DNA from: Spirochaetia bacterium
Lineage (GTDB): Bacteria; Spirochaetota; Spirochaetia; SZUA-6; Bin103
NCBI GenBank assembly: GCA_965203055.1
Contig: OZ241863.1
Coordinates: forward strand, 3,200,001 to 3,264,000
Direction: 5' to 3'
Length of the DNA stretch: 64,000 nt
Below the pieces are notes generated by a model. The model was not told the DNA's origin and searched no databases. It was given only the letters and a program-made list of their open reading frames with translations. The translations under genes and the position numbers were made by a program. Positions 1 to 10,610 of this stretch are shown one piece after another; within the stretch, counting starts at the first letter, position 1, and each line of letters starts with the position of its first letter.

Positions 1-1
1 G

Positions 2-256
2 GAAGTGGGTCTCAGTCATCTCCTCAAGAGTAACGTGATCGTCATGGTTTCGACCGGAGAGATTGGCAATGAGGCGCGGCGGTACGGCAACAAGATCATG
101 ACCGAATCCAACCTTTGTATCGCAATGGTGGACGGAGCCGACCTCGATCTCATCGAGGCGCGGCCGGCGGCGATCGTCGATGTACTGTCGCGTGAGGCTC
201 GTCATGCCATGGACCTCAAGAAACTCGACCAAGGAGCCGACCATGGCGCAACGTGA
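2..256 (+). CDS. Restriction endonuclease (Mrr_cat-like), C-terminal fragment; 5' end outside window
   Basis: Frame open from the window edge (EVGLSHLLKSNVIVMVSTGEIG..ARRY..IAMVDG.DL) resembles the Mrr-type REase C-terminus; stop overlaps the start of a DNA methyltransferase. Confidence 0.6.
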   Translation, partial: EVGLSHLLKSNVIVMVSTGEIGNEARRYGNKIMTESNLCIAMVDGADLDLIEARPAAIVDVLSREARHAMDLKKLDQGADHGAT

Positions 257-1655
257 GCTGCTGGAAGCTGAGACGATACGGCAGACCGGCATGGGAGAGA
301 TCGTTCATGGCGACAGTGTCAACGTACTTGCTGCCTACTCGGATGACTCGGTCGACTTGATCATGACCAGCCCGCCGTTCGGGCTGGTGCGTAAGAAGGA
401 CTATGGCAACGTCGATGCGGACGAATACGTGGACTGGTTCAAGCCGTTCGCCAAGGCGTTCCATCGAGTTCTGAAGAACAGCGGCAGCCTGGTAATCGAC
501 ATCGGCGGAGCCTGGAACAAGGGCTACCCCACTCGCAGCCTCTATCACTTCAAGCTCCTCATCATGTTGTGCGAGGAGTTCGGGTTTCACTTGGCACAGG
601 AGTTCTATTGGTGGAACCCATCCCGGCTGCCGACCCCCGCGGAGTGGGTAACCGTGCGCCGGGTGCGCGTGAAGGATGCCGTCAATACCGTGTGGTGGCT
701 GTCGAAGACGCCGTGGCCGAAAGCCGGCAACCGGCGTGTGCTGCAACCATACAGCGCCAGTATGCAGGAGCTGTTGGCCAAGGGCTATCGCGCCAAGAGG
801 CGGCCTTCGGGGCACGAAATAAGCGCAAAATTCAACGTGAACAACGGCGCGGCTATTCCACCCAACCTCATCGCGATACCCAACACCGAGAGTAACAGCT
901 TCTATCTGCGCTACTGTGAGGAGAACGGCTTCAAGCCGCATCCGGCGCGGTACCCGGCCGAGCTGCCGGAGTATTTCATCCGCATGCTGACCGAGCCCGG
1001 CGACTTGGTGGTGGATCCGTTCGCCGGGAGTTGCGTCACGGGAGAGGTCTGCGAACGTACCGAGCGGCGCTGGGTCTGCATCGAGCTGGTGCGGGACTAC
1101 TGCGAGGCGGCGCTTGGCCGTTTCGTCCGCGATCCGCGCGCGTCCGCCAAGGCAGTCGCGGATCCCGACAATCCGTCCAACTACTACCGGCTCGCGCGTC
1201 CGGGTATCTTGTGGCAGGCGCGTGACGGCGCGCCGCTCGCGGCGGACGGCGGCCGGAAGCGCGACCCTGCGCCGCAGAACGCGCCGCCGTCAGTGCCTCC
1301 TGCGAGCGAACGCCAACTCATGCTCCGCGCCGAATCGGGTGAGATGCTGGAACGGGGCCCGGCGCTGGTCCCCGGCTGGTTGGTGGGTCGTTGGCGCAGC
1401 GAGGATGGCCCTAGCTTGTGTGCTGAACAACACCGTATCACGATGCATGCCGCCGAGCCGGTGGCAAGTCAGGCCATCTTCGACTGCCGCCTGGATTATC
1501 GGTCGCCAAGCGTACGTGAGCAGCGCTGGGATTCCAGTTACCGCATCGACAACGGTCGATCCTTGCATGCGACGGTGCTGTCATCAGACCGTATCAGAGT
1601 GATTCTTGACGACCACGAATGGGAGTTGACCCGCCAGCTCTCATTGCCAATGTAG
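243..1655 (+). CDS. Site-specific DNA methyltransferase, beta class (N4-cytosine/N6-adenine, PvuII-like), with C-terminal extension
   Basis: TSPPF (motif IV) precedes HPARYP and VVDPFAGS (motif I); AAGGAG upstream of ATG 243. Confidence 0.9.
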   Translation: MAQRELLEAETIRQTGMGEIVHGDSVNVLAAYSDDSVDLIMTSPPFGLVRKKDYGNVDADEYVDWFKPFAKAFHRVLKNSGSLVIDIGGAWNKGYPTRSLYHFKLLIMLCEEFGFHLAQEFYWWNPSRLPTPAEWVTVRRVRVKDAVNTVWWLSKTPWPKAGNRRVLQPYSASMQELLAKGYRAKRRPSGHEISAKFNVNNGAAIPPNLIAIPNTESNSFYLRYCEENGFKPHPARYPAELPEYFIRMLTEPGDLVVDPFAGSCVTGEVCERTERRWVCIELVRDYCEAALGRFVRDPRASAKAVADPDNPSNYYRLARPGILWQARDGAPLAADGGRKRDPAPQNAPPSVPPASERQLMLRAESGEMLERGPALVPGWLVGRWRSEDGPSLCAEQHRITMHAAEPVASQAIFDCRLDYRSPSVREQRWDSSYRIDNGRSLHATVLSSDRIRVILDDHEWELTRQLSLPM

Positions 1656-2258
1656 GAAGGCGAAGACGACGACGCCGGTGACGGATACGTAGAGCCAGAT
1701 CGGGAGCGTTACGCGGGCGATCCGCCGGTGGCTGGGATGGCGCGTCCAGCCGCGGCGCAGCGTGACCAACGCCAGCGGCACCATCGGCACCGCCAGGACG
1801 ACGTGGCTGATCAGAATGGCGTAGTAGAGCGCCGGCGCCGGTCCCGCGTAGGTCTGCGGTCCCGTGCCGTAGGCGTGATAGATGAGATACCCGGCGAGAA
1901 ACAGCGTGGAGGCGGCGAACGCGCACAGCACCAGGGCGCGATGAACGGTCACCGCCCGCCGGCGAATGGCGAGGAAGGCGCTCACCAGGAGCACCGCCGC
2001 GGCGCCGTTCCACGCCGTGTTCACCGCCGGCAACCCCGACACGTCGAGGTCGGACTCTTGCCGGGGACCGAGCACCACGAACGCAATCGCGGCAACCGCA
2101 ACGACGCTGAAGATCCCGATCACGGTGAACCAGAACCGATCGCGCGCGCCCGGCGCCGTCACCGGTACCTGGTCCGAGCGCGGTTGGGCGATGGTCTCCG
2201 GGAGATCTTCCTGCGCGGCCATGGTCAACGGCGGCGGTATGGCAGGGCGGCGGGTCAC
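1641..2258 (-). CDS. DUF420 family membrane protein
   Basis: LPAVN, FL.GYL.YH, ILISHVVLA, H.RIARVTLPIWLYVSVTGVVV signatures; GTG overlaps aspS stop (start could be 2222). Confidence 0.85.
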   Translation of the reverse strand: MTRRPAIPPPLTMAAQEDLPETIAQPRSDQVPVTAPGARDRFWFTVIGIFSVVAVAAIAFVVLGPRQESDLDVSGLPAVNTAWNGAAAVLLVSAFLAIRRRAVTVHRALVLCAFAASTLFLAGYLIYHAYGTGPQTYAGPAPALYYAILISHVVLAVPMVPLALVTLRRGWTRHPSHRRIARVTLPIWLYVSVTGVVVFAFLHWQ

Positions 2259-4048
2259 GGTTCGGCGGGGGCGCTGACTTGCAGGCGCAGCTCGCGGAGC
2301 TGTTGCTCGTCCAGCGGGGCGGGGGAGGCGTCCATCGGTGACGCGGCCCAGGTGTTCTTGGGGAAGGCCAGCACGTCGCGGATGGTGGACTCGCCGGCCA
2401 TCAGCATCACCGTGCGGTCGAAGCCGATGGCGGCGCCGCCGTGCGGAGGCGCGCCGTAGCGGAACGCGTCCAACATGAATCCGAAGCGCTGCTCGGCCTC
2501 CGCTTCGGAAACTCCCAGAATCGCGAATACCCGCCGCTGCAGCGCCGGGTCGTGGATGCGGATGGAGCCGCTGGCCAGCTCGACGCCGTTGATCACCGCG
2601 TCGTACAGCTCGCCGCGCACCGCCCCCGGATCCGCTTCGAGGCCGTCGCGGAACCGGGCCTGGGGCATGGAGAACATGTGGTGCTCGGCGTCCCAGCGCC
2701 GCTCCTCCTCGTTCCAGGCGAACAGCGGGAAGTCGGTCACGAAACAGGGACGGAAGTCATCCTCCGCGGCCAGTCCTTCGCGCCGCGCCAGTTCGGCGCG
2801 CACCGCCCCCAGCGCCGTGCAGGCGGTGCGCCAGGGGGCGGCCACCAGCAGCAGCAGGTCGCCCGCGGCCGCGCCCAGGCGGCGGCAAATCTCCTCTTGC
2901 TGCGCTTGGTAGAAGCGCGCCACGCCGCCCTCCAAACCGCCGGCCGCGCACTTCATCCACGCCAGCCCGGCGGCGCCGTGGGTCTTGGCATGGCCCTCCA
3001 GCTCCTCGATCCGGCGCCGCGAGTAACCGGCCAGCCCCGGCGCGCGCAACGCCTTGACCGCGGCGCCGCGCTCGACCGCCTGCCGGAACACCCCGAATTG
3101 GCCGCCGCGCGCAAGCTCCGTGAAGTCCTGCAGCTCCAGCGTGTAACGCAGGTCGGGCCGGTCCGACCCGTAGCGGTTCAGCGCGTCATGGAAGGCGATG
3201 CGGGGGAACGGCAGCGGCAGTTGGTAGCCGATCCCCTCCCGGAAGGCCGCGGCGAACGCCGCCTCCAGTACCGCCAGCACCTCCTCCTGGTCCACGAAGC
3301 TCATCTCGAAGTCGAGCTGGGTGAACTCCGGCTGGCGGTCGCCGCGCGCGTCCTCGTCGCGGTAGCAGCGCGCCAACTGGTAGTAGCGGTCGCATCCCGA
3401 CAACATCAGGAGCTGCTTGAGGATCTGGGGCGATTGCGGCAAGGCGTAGAAGCTGCCCGGCTTGAGGCGCGACGGCACCACGAAGTCGCGCGCCCCTTCG
3501 GGCGTGGAGCGCATCAGGGTAGGGGTCTCGATCTCCAGGAAGTCACGCTCGTTGAGAGCCGCGCGCAGCGCCTGGGCGGCGCGGTGGCGCAGCGCCAGGT
3601 TGCGCTGCATGGCGGCGGAGCGCAGGTCGAGGTAACGGTGCTTGAGGCGCAGCTCCTCACGCGCGTCGCTGTGCGCGCCGGGCTGGTCGGCGATCATGAA
3701 CGGCAGGGTGGCGCAGCGGCTCAACACCTGCAGCCGCTCGCCGCTGACCTCGACTTCCCCCGTGGCCAGGTCGCGGTTCACCATCGCCGGCGGCCGGCGG
3801 CGCACGGTGCCGCGTACGGCGATGCAGTATTCCAGCTTCAGGCCGCGCACCGCGGCGGCGAGCGGCGCGGCGGCGGGCGCGCTGACGTCGAACACCACCT
3901 GGGTCACGCCGTAGCGGTCGCGCAGGTCGACGAAGGTAATGCCGCCGTGGTCGCGGAGCCGCGCCACCCAGCCGTTGAGCGTCACCTGTTCTCCCGCCGC
4001 GGCCGCGCCGAGTTGGCCGCAGGTCGCGGTACGCTTCAGCTCGTGCAT
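2255..4048 (-). CDS. aspS: Aspartate--tRNA ligase
   Basis: RDHGG..F.DLRD, TPEGARDF, LPQSPQ, RDED.R.DRQPEFTQLD.E, GSIRIH, YGAPPHGG, FPK motifs; start set at MHELKRT. Confidence 0.97.
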   Translation of the reverse strand: MHELKRTATCGQLGAAAAGEQVTLNGWVARLRDHGGITFVDLRDRYGVTQVVFDVSAPAAAPLAAAVRGLKLEYCIAVRGTVRRRPPAMVNRDLATGEVEVSGERLQVLSRCATLPFMIADQPGAHSDAREELRLKHRYLDLRSAAMQRNLALRHRAAQALRAALNERDFLEIETPTLMRSTPEGARDFVVPSRLKPGSFYALPQSPQILKQLLMLSGCDRYYQLARCYRDEDARGDRQPEFTQLDFEMSFVDQEEVLAVLEAAFAAAFREGIGYQLPLPFPRIAFHDALNRYGSDRPDLRYTLELQDFTELARGGQFGVFRQAVERGAAVKALRAPGLAGYSRRRIEELEGHAKTHGAAGLAWMKCAAGGLEGGVARFYQAQQEEICRRLGAAAGDLLLLVAAPWRTACTALGAVRAELARREGLAAEDDFRPCFVTDFPLFAWNEEERRWDAEHHMFSMPQARFRDGLEADPGAVRGELYDAVINGVELASGSIRIHDPALQRRVFAILGVSEAEAEQRFGFMLDAFRYGAPPHGGAAIGFDRTVMLMAGESTIRDVLAFPKNTWAASPMDASPAPLDEQQLRELRLQVSAPAEP

Positions 4049-4145
4049 GCGCAAACTATAGCCCGGCCCGGAGCGGGTGTCAGGAGCCCGGCGCGGCGCG
4101 GCGCGGCGTTGGGCACCGGCCGGTGATCCTGGTATGGTGCGCGGC

Positions 4146-6302
4146 ATGGCCGACCCCGCCCCCGCCCCGGCCGCCAACCGCGCCGAGGCGTTCATCGCCC
4201 GCCGGCGCGCCGCCGGCCAGCGCCCGAACCGCCTGCTCCGCGAAGGCAGTCCCTACCTGCTGCAGCACGCCTTCAACCCCGTCGACTGGTATCCGTGGGG
4301 CGACGAGGCGTTCGCCGCCGCGGCCGCCGCGGACAAGCCGCTGTTCGTCTCCATCGGCTACTCCACCTGCCACTGGTGCCACGTCATGGAGCACCAGTCG
4401 TTCGAGGACGCGGCCATCGCCGCGGTCATGAACGAGCATTTCGTGAACGTCAAGATCGACCGCGAGGAACGGCCCGACGTGGACCGCATCTACATGAGCG
4501 TCGTGCAGGCGGTGACCGGCTCGGGCGGCTGGCCGATGTCGGTGTTCCTCACGCCGCAGCGGCGTCCGTTCTACGCCGGCACCTACTTTCCGCCGCGCTC
4601 GGCCTACGGGCGGCCTGGATTTCAGGAGTTGCTGTTGTTCCTGGCCCGCCACTGGCGGGAGCGGCGCGCCGAGGTGGAAGCGACCGCCGCCCGCATCACC
4701 GGCGCGGTGCGGCAGGCGGCGGGAGCCGCGGTCGGCGCGCCGGCCGGTCCGCCGGCGGCGCCGGACGGCCCCGATCTCCTGGCCGCGGTGACCGCCGGGC
4801 TGGCGTCCTCCTTCGATGCCGAGTACGGCGGCTTCGGCGCCGCGCCGAAGTTTCCGCGCCCGGCGGCGTTCACCGCGCTGTTCCAACACTACCGGCGCAC
4901 CGGGAGCGAACAGCCGTTGGAGATGGCGCTGGCAACGCTCCGGCAGATGGCGCGCGGCGGCCTGTACGATCATCTGGGCGGCGGGTTCCATCGCTACAGC
5001 GTGGACCGCTACTGGCGCGTCCCCCACTTCGAGAAGATGCTCTACGATCAGGCGCAGCTCGCCGGCGCCTACACCGCCGCCTGCCAGCTCACCGGCGACC
5101 ACCGCCACGGGGAGGTCGCGGCCGCCACCCTCGACTACCTGCTGCGCGATCTGCAGGCGCCGGAGGGCGGTTTCTATTCCGCCGAGGACGCCGATTCGGC
5201 CCGCGACCCGCAGCGCCCGGAGGAGAAGGTCGAGGGGGCGTTCTACCTGTGGACCATCGACCAGGCGCGCGCCGCGTTCCGGGCGGCGGGCGCCGCCGGA
5301 GCGGACGAGTTGATCGCCGCCTATGGTCTGACTGCCGCGGGCAATACCATCTCCGACCCGCACGGCGAGTTCGGCCGCGGCAACGTGTTGTACCGCGCGC
5401 GCGGCGACGGACCGCTGCCGCAGCCCTGGCGGGAGGCCCTGGCCGCGGCCCGCGCCCGGCGCGCGCGGCCGCTGCTGGACGACAAGGTCATCACCGCCTG
5501 GAACGGTCTGGCGATTGCGGCGCTGGCCGCCGCCGGGCGGGTCCTGCAACGGGACGACTTCGTTGCCGCGGCGGCGCGCGCCGCCTCCTTCGCGCGCCGG
5601 GAGCTGCTGCGGGACGGGCGGCTGCTGCGCCGGTACCGCGCCGGGGAGGCGCGCCACGCCGCCGGGCTGGCCGACTACGCCTACCTGATCGACGGTCTGC
5701 AGGAGCTGTACCAGAGCACCGGCCAGGTGTGGCCGCTGGAGCTGGCCGGCCAGCTCGCCGATACCATCCCGGAGCTGTTCACTGCCCCGGACGGGGCGCT
5801 CTACGACACCCCCGGCGGCCAGCCTGACCTGATCGTCCGCACCCGCGAGTTGTACGACTCCGCCGAACCGTCGGGGACCGCGGCCGCGGTGCTCGGCCTG
5901 TTGCGCCTCGGCCGCCTGACGGGGCGCAGCGATTGGGAGACTGCGGCGCGGCGCGCGCTGGCCGCGGTCGCCGGAGCGGCGGCCGCTCAGCCGGCGGCGA
6001 TGCCGCTGCTGGCGGTGGCCGCGGACTTGGCGGCCCGCCCGCCGGTCGAGGTGGTGCTGGCCGGCGACTGGGAGCAGACCGCGCCGCTGCGCCGCGAGCT
6101 GGCCCGCCACTACCTGCCGGAGGCGGTGGTGGTGCATCTGCACCCCGCCGCCGCCCGCTGGTGGCAGCAGCGCCACCCGGCGGTGGCCGCGATGGTGGGG
6201 GACGGTCCCGGCGCGCGCGCCTACGTGTGCCGCAACTTCACCTGCGATCTGCCGGTGAGCACCCCGGCGGCGCTCGCCCGCCAACTCCTGCAGGCCGCGT
6301 AG
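4146..6302 (+). CDS. Thioredoxin-domain (DUF255) YyaL/SSP411-like protein
   Basis: [55 protein letters not shown]. Confidence 0.93.
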   Translation: MADPAPAPAANRAEAFIARRRAAGQRPNRLLREGSPYLLQHAFNPVDWYPWGDEAFAAAAAADKPLFVSIGYSTCHWCHVMEHQSFEDAAIAAVMNEHFVNVKIDREERPDVDRIYMSVVQAVTGSGGWPMSVFLTPQRRPFYAGTYFPPRSAYGRPGFQELLLFLARHWRERRAEVEATAARITGAVRQAAGAAVGAPAGPPAAPDGPDLLAAVTAGLASSFDAEYGGFGAAPKFPRPAAFTALFQHYRRTGSEQPLEMALATLRQMARGGLYDHLGGGFHRYSVDRYWRVPHFEKMLYDQAQLAGAYTAACQLTGDHRHGEVAAATLDYLLRDLQAPEGGFYSAEDADSARDPQRPEEKVEGAFYLWTIDQARAAFRAAGAAGADELIAAYGLTAAGNTISDPHGEFGRGNVLYRARGDGPLPQPWREALAAARARRARPLLDDKVITAWNGLAIAALAAAGRVLQRDDFVAAAARAASFARRELLRDGRLLRRYRAGEARHAAGLADYAYLIDGLQELYQSTGQVWPLELAGQLADTIPELFTAPDGALYDTPGGQPDLIVRTRELYDSAEPSGTAAAVLGLLRLGRLTGRSDWETAARRALAAVAGAAAAQPAAMPLLAVAADLAARPPVEVVLAGDWEQTAPLRRELARHYLPEAVVVHLHPAAARWWQQRHPAVAAMVGDGPGARAYVCRNFTCDLPVSTPAALARQLLQAA

Positions 6303-6399
6303 GCCGCCTCATCCGGCGCGCCCGTTGCGCCGGCGCCGGCGGCGGGGCGCGCGGGCGGCTGCGCGGCGCGCCACGCAGGCCGGCGGGCGGAGCCGCGGT

Positions 6400-7110
6400 T
6401 TACAGCAGGTGTCCCAGGCGGGTGCGCTTGGTGGCCAAGTAGCGGCCGTTGACGCGGTTGGCGGGAACCACGACCGGGATGCGGCCGCTGACGACAATGC
6501 CCTCCTGCCGCAGCCCGGCGATCTTGGCCGGGTTGTTGGTCAGCAGGCGCACCGAGGTGATGCCGAGCAATTCGATGATGCGCGCCGCCACCCGGTAGTC
6601 GCGGGCGTCCGCCGGAAAGCCGAGCTGCTCGTTGGCGGCCACGGTGTCCAGCCCCTGATCCTGTAGCTGATAGGCGCGAATCTTGTTCAGCAGGCCGATG
6701 CCGCGGCCTTCCTGCCGCAGGTAGACCACCGCGCCGCGGTCCCGGGCGCCGATGAAGCGCAGCGATTCCTCCAGTTGCTCGCGGCAATCGCAGCGCAGCG
6801 AGCCGAGGATGTCGCCGGTGTGGCACTCGGAGTGCACCCGCACCGGACAGTCGGCGGCGCCGCGCACCTCGCCGCGCACCACCGCGGTAAGCTCGCTGCC
6901 GGTTGCCCGGTCTTCGAAGCCGAGCAAGGTGAACTCCCCGAACAGGGTTGGGAACGCCGCCTGCGCCACTTGCCGCACGCCGCCTCCCGAGGCGGCGGCG
7001 CGGCCCACTTCGCCGTCGCCAGCGCCCGGCCGCGGCACTCCGGCGGCCGCCGGCGCCGCCTGTCCGGCCCCGCCGGCGGAACCGTCTGCCCTGTCGCGCC
7101 TCGCTGTCAT
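6400..7110 (-). CDS. ribA: GTP cyclohydrolase II
   Basis: VRVHSECHTGDILGSLRCDC, YLRQEGRGIGL, LLTNNP.K, YL.TK...LGH. Confidence 0.95.
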   Translation of the reverse strand: MTARRDRADGSAGGAGQAAPAAAGVPRPGAGDGEVGRAAASGGGVRQVAQAAFPTLFGEFTLLGFEDRATGSELTAVVRGEVRGAADCPVRVHSECHTGDILGSLRCDCREQLEESLRFIGARDRGAVVYLRQEGRGIGLLNKIRAYQLQDQGLDTVAANEQLGFPADARDYRVAARIIELLGITSVRLLTNNPAKIAGLRQEGIVVSGRIPVVVPANRVNGRYLATKRTRLGHLL

Positions 7111-7129
7111 GCGTCGGGTTGGCGCGGAG

Positions 7130-9319
7130 CTACACCGTGCCGGAATCGGCCGCCGCCGCGGCCGGCGGGGGCGTCGGCCGGCGGGCGCCGAACAGGCGGT
7201 AGCGCAGCAGGCGCCAGTACGCCGCGCGGATGAAGCGCAGGTCGCGCGCGCTGGCCCGGCGCCCGCCGTACACGGCCTGCGCCACCAGGGTGGTGAACCG
7301 CTCCACCAGGCGGCGCGCGCCGGGCGCGCGCCGCGCGCTGCGCGCGCGGTACGCCTCCCGCCAGGCCACCCAGCCGGTACGGCGCGGATCGGGCACCCCC
7401 AGCGTACGCCCCAGCAGCACGTAGCGTTGCGACAGGCGGATCAGCGGGCGCAGTTCACGGGCCACGGCCGGCGCCCGCAGGCGGCGGATCAGCCGCCACC
7501 CGAGCAGCGCCAGTACCAGCGCGCCGGCAACAGCGCCGCCGATCTGCCACGGTGACCAGGCCTGCGCGCCGGCCAGCGCGCCTGCTTCCTCCGGGAGCGG
7601 CAGGTCCAGTTCGCGGTCGCCGAGGATCGACTGCACCTGGCGCAGGGTCTGGTAGTCCATCTCCATGTCGAACCCGTACATCGCCAGCAGCTCCTCCTCG
7701 TCGAAGAAGTTGCTGTAGGCGCTCGGACTCACTGCCGGAGTCGCCTCCCAGCGGGTCCAGCCGGCCTCCTCCAGCCACACTTCCGGCCAGCTATGGGCGG
7801 CGAGTCCGGTGACGTCGGTCTCGTTCTTGCCGGCCGGAAAGTTTACCAGGAAGCCGGTGTTGTAACGCGCCGGATAGCCGTTCAGCCGCGCCATGGTGGT
7901 GAACGCGGTCGCGAAGTGCACGCAGTAACCCTTCTTCTCCTCGAACAGGAACTTGTCCAGAAAGTTTTCCGAGCGGCGCAGGTTGTCCACGTTGAGGGAG
8001 TAGGTGCAGGTGTCGGCCAGATAGTTGGCGATGCCGTCCAGGTGTTCGCGCGGCGCCCCCGCCGGCTGCTCGAAGCTGGCCGCGATCTCCCGCACCTCGC
8101 GGCTGATGAAGCGGGACGGCGGCAACTGCAGGTAGCGCCGCCGCTCATCCTCGGTCAATGCGGTAGCCGCTTCGCCGCCCCGCTCGATGAACAACACGTC
8201 CCCTGCCACCAGCGGCTCGACGAGTTGGAAGCCGCGGTGGAAGTGGCCGTTGTCCAGCGCCGGCACGTTGCGCCCGAAGCGGAACACGCTGGCGTCCAGG
8301 GTGTAGGGCAGCTTGTTGTAGAAGTCGATCAGCAATTCCACACGGACCGCCGGCGTGCGCCGCCGCGGGCGCCCGCGCAGCAGGATCGATTCCGGTTCGG
8401 CGATGCTGTGCTCCGGTTTGAAGGTGGTCTTCCAGTTCCTGCCGTCGTAGTGGTCGAACACGTCGGTCTTCAGGTAGAGGGGGCCGTCCACGTCGGCCGT
8501 GATGCGGAAGATCGGCAGCGGCGAAAGCACCGGCGAGCCGCCGAGGGAGCGTTCCTGGAACGAGTAGCCGTAGCCGGGAATGCCGTACAGCAGCGGGAAC
8601 TGGGGCAGCGTGTTGGATACGTATTGGCGCAGTTGCGGGTGCAGGGTGACGTCGATGAACCGGCTGCCGGTAGCGGCGCGGCTGCCCGACAGCACCGCGG
8701 CGCACAGCAGCACCGCGGCGAACAGCCCGCCCGCGTACAGCGCGCGCCGCAGCCGGTAGGTGCCCTCGCGGCCGCGGAACAGCAGATAGCAGACGCACGC
8801 GAAGCCGGTCGCCAGCGTGAGCAGGTAGAGGGGCGTGACTTGCAGGATCACCGCGGCCAGCGCGGACACGAACGCGGCCGACAGCAGCAGCGGCCAGACG
8901 TGGCCCATGCTGATGAAGGTGGCCCCCAGGGTAGTGGAGAAGAACGCCGCCAGCAGGGTGAACAGATTGGACACCGTGCCGGTGCCGGTGCCCTCGGCCA
9001 TCGCTTCGAACCACAGCTTGTAGGCGGAGAAGGGGGTGATGATGATGCCGATCAACACCGACGTGCCGAACGCCGCGGTCGCCAGCAGGGAAAGCGTGCT
9101 CAGCACCACCCGGGCCGGGCCCCGCGCCAGCGCGCGGCTGACGTGCAGCAGCGTCATCGGGAGCACTACCGCCAGCAGCAGATACTGCGCCAGCGATGAC
9201 CGCGTGTAGGTCCAGAACAGCAGCGGGATTCCCACCCCGTAGACCAGTGCCAGCAGCGCCTTGATCCGCACCGCGGCGGGCAGCCGCGTCGCCTTCGTCC
9301 TCCACTCAACCTTCTTCAT
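7130..9319 (-). CDS. Membrane-anchored transglutaminase-like protein
   Basis: Multiple N-terminal TM segments; GYCVHFA, AHSWPEV, W..WEATP catalytic motifs; downstream of DUF58 and MoxR. Confidence 0.88.
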   Translation of the reverse strand: MKKVEWRTKATRLPAAVRIKALLALVYGVGIPLLFWTYTRSSLAQYLLLAVVLPMTLLHVSRALARGPARVVLSTLSLLATAAFGTSVLIGIIITPFSAYKLWFEAMAEGTGTGTVSNLFTLLAAFFSTTLGATFISMGHVWPLLLSAAFVSALAAVILQVTPLYLLTLATGFACVCYLLFRGREGTYRLRRALYAGGLFAAVLLCAAVLSGSRAATGSRFIDVTLHPQLRQYVSNTLPQFPLLYGIPGYGYSFQERSLGGSPVLSPLPIFRITADVDGPLYLKTDVFDHYDGRNWKTTFKPEHSIAEPESILLRGRPRRRTPAVRVELLIDFYNKLPYTLDASVFRFGRNVPALDNGHFHRGFQLVEPLVAGDVLFIERGGEAATALTEDERRRYLQLPPSRFISREVREIAASFEQPAGAPREHLDGIANYLADTCTYSLNVDNLRRSENFLDKFLFEEKKGYCVHFATAFTTMARLNGYPARYNTGFLVNFPAGKNETDVTGLAAHSWPEVWLEEAGWTRWEATPAVSPSAYSNFFDEEELLAMYGFDMEMDYQTLRQVQSILGDRELDLPLPEEAGALAGAQAWSPWQIGGAVAGALVLALLGWRLIRRLRAPAVARELRPLIRLSQRYVLLGRTLGVPDPRRTGWVAWREAYRARSARRAPGARRLVERFTTLVAQAVYGGRRASARDLRFIRAAYWRLLRYRLFGARRPTPPPAAAAADSGTV

Positions 9320-10610
9320 GGTGCGCCTCCAGATCGGCGACGATCGAGCCTGCGCTGCGCAGCGTGACCACGCGCGTGCCCTGTTCGCGCAGGCGGCTGA
9401 AGTAGGCGGCATGAGCATCGCCGGCCCCGGCAGTCTGGTTGTAGATCAAGGTCACCTGAAAGTTGCTGGCGCGCTGCTCTTCGAGCAGCAGCAGGATCTC
9501 GGGATCGAGCAGGTGAGTGATGAAGAACATCGAGTTCACCTCGGTGTTCATGCCGGTCTCGAGATGGGTCTCGTAGAGGCGCGCGGCCGAGATGTCGCTC
9601 ACGAACAACAGCTCGAAGGTGGACTCGTAGAAGCGGGCGAAGTCGGAGCTGTGATCGCCGATGAACTCGTACGGCGCGCGGCTCGCGGCGCGTACCGTGA
9701 CCGGCAGGTTGCGCTGCAGGAAGTGGTTGACCAGCGCCACCAGGGCTTCCACCGTCACGTCTTCGGTCAGCAGCACGTCAGGGGCGGCGCGCGGCACCGG
9801 GCGCAGATCGACGTAGATGCTCACCGCCGGCTCGCTGGTCGAGTCGTAATCCTTGACCACCGGCACCCCGGTGCTGGCGAACTTCTTCCACGCCAGGTGG
9901 CGCACCGACTCGCCGGGGCGGTACTCGCGCAGCTGGTTGAACAGCGAGTAGTCGGGCAGGGTGCCGAGCGAGCCCACCTCGGAGGTGCCCAGGCGGCGTT
10001 CCGAGCCGGGTTGGAAGCTGCCGATGGGGAGGATGCGCGGGTAGACCCGGAACTCCCGCACCTTGACGCGCGGGCGCACCGTGAAGAGCTGCAAGGTGTC
10101 GCTCAGCTCGATGCGGTCCAGGCCCACGGTGTAGATGCCGCGGTAGGGGAGCTGCACGGTCTGTTCCCGTTCCACGTACTGATGGCCGGGCAGGTAGGTG
10201 AGCAGGCCCTGCGCGGCCCCGGCGCCGGTCCGGCCGCCGGCCCCGTCATCCGCGGTCGGACGAATGGCGCGGAACAGCGCCCGCACCCGCGGCAGCGGCA
10301 GGGCGGAGCCGTTTTCGATGATGCAGCGGTACAGCAGCTCCTGCCCCTTGACCGGCTGCTCGTTGCTGAAGTGCTGGCTGTAGCGCAGCCCGGCGGCGGC
10401 GATCACCAGGAGCAGCAGGGAGACGATGGGCAGCAGAATGAATACGGTGGCGAACACCGCAAAGAAGGTTCCCAGATAGGCCGCCGCCAGATAGGCGACG
10501 ACGATGGCGAACAGGTACACCCCGCAGGCGCGCAGCCGCAACGTGAAGGGAAACTGCGCTGCGAGGCGCGCCCCCCACTGAACCGGCGCCGCGGCCAGGC
10601 GGTTGCTCAC
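9306..10610 (-). CDS. DUF58 domain protein
   Basis: RGIY, VYPR, LREYRPGESVRHLAWKKFA motif; GTG overlaps MoxR stop. Confidence 0.88.
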   Translation of the reverse strand: MSNRLAAAPVQWGARLAAQFPFTLRLRACGVYLFAIVVAYLAAAYLGTFFAVFATVFILLPIVSLLLLVIAAAGLRYSQHFSNEQPVKGQELLYRCIIENGSALPLPRVRALFRAIRPTADDGAGGRTGAGAAQGLLTYLPGHQYVEREQTVQLPYRGIYTVGLDRIELSDTLQLFTVRPRVKVREFRVYPRILPIGSFQPGSERRLGTSEVGSLGTLPDYSLFNQLREYRPGESVRHLAWKKFASTGVPVVKDYDSTSEPAVSIYVDLRPVPRAAPDVLLTEDVTVEALVALVNHFLQRNLPVTVRAASRAPYEFIGDHSSDFARFYESTFELLFVSDISAARLYETHLETGMNTEVNSMFFITHLLDPEILLLLEEQRASNFQVTLIYNQTAGAGDAHAAYFSRLREQGTRVVTLRSAGSIVADLEAHHEEG

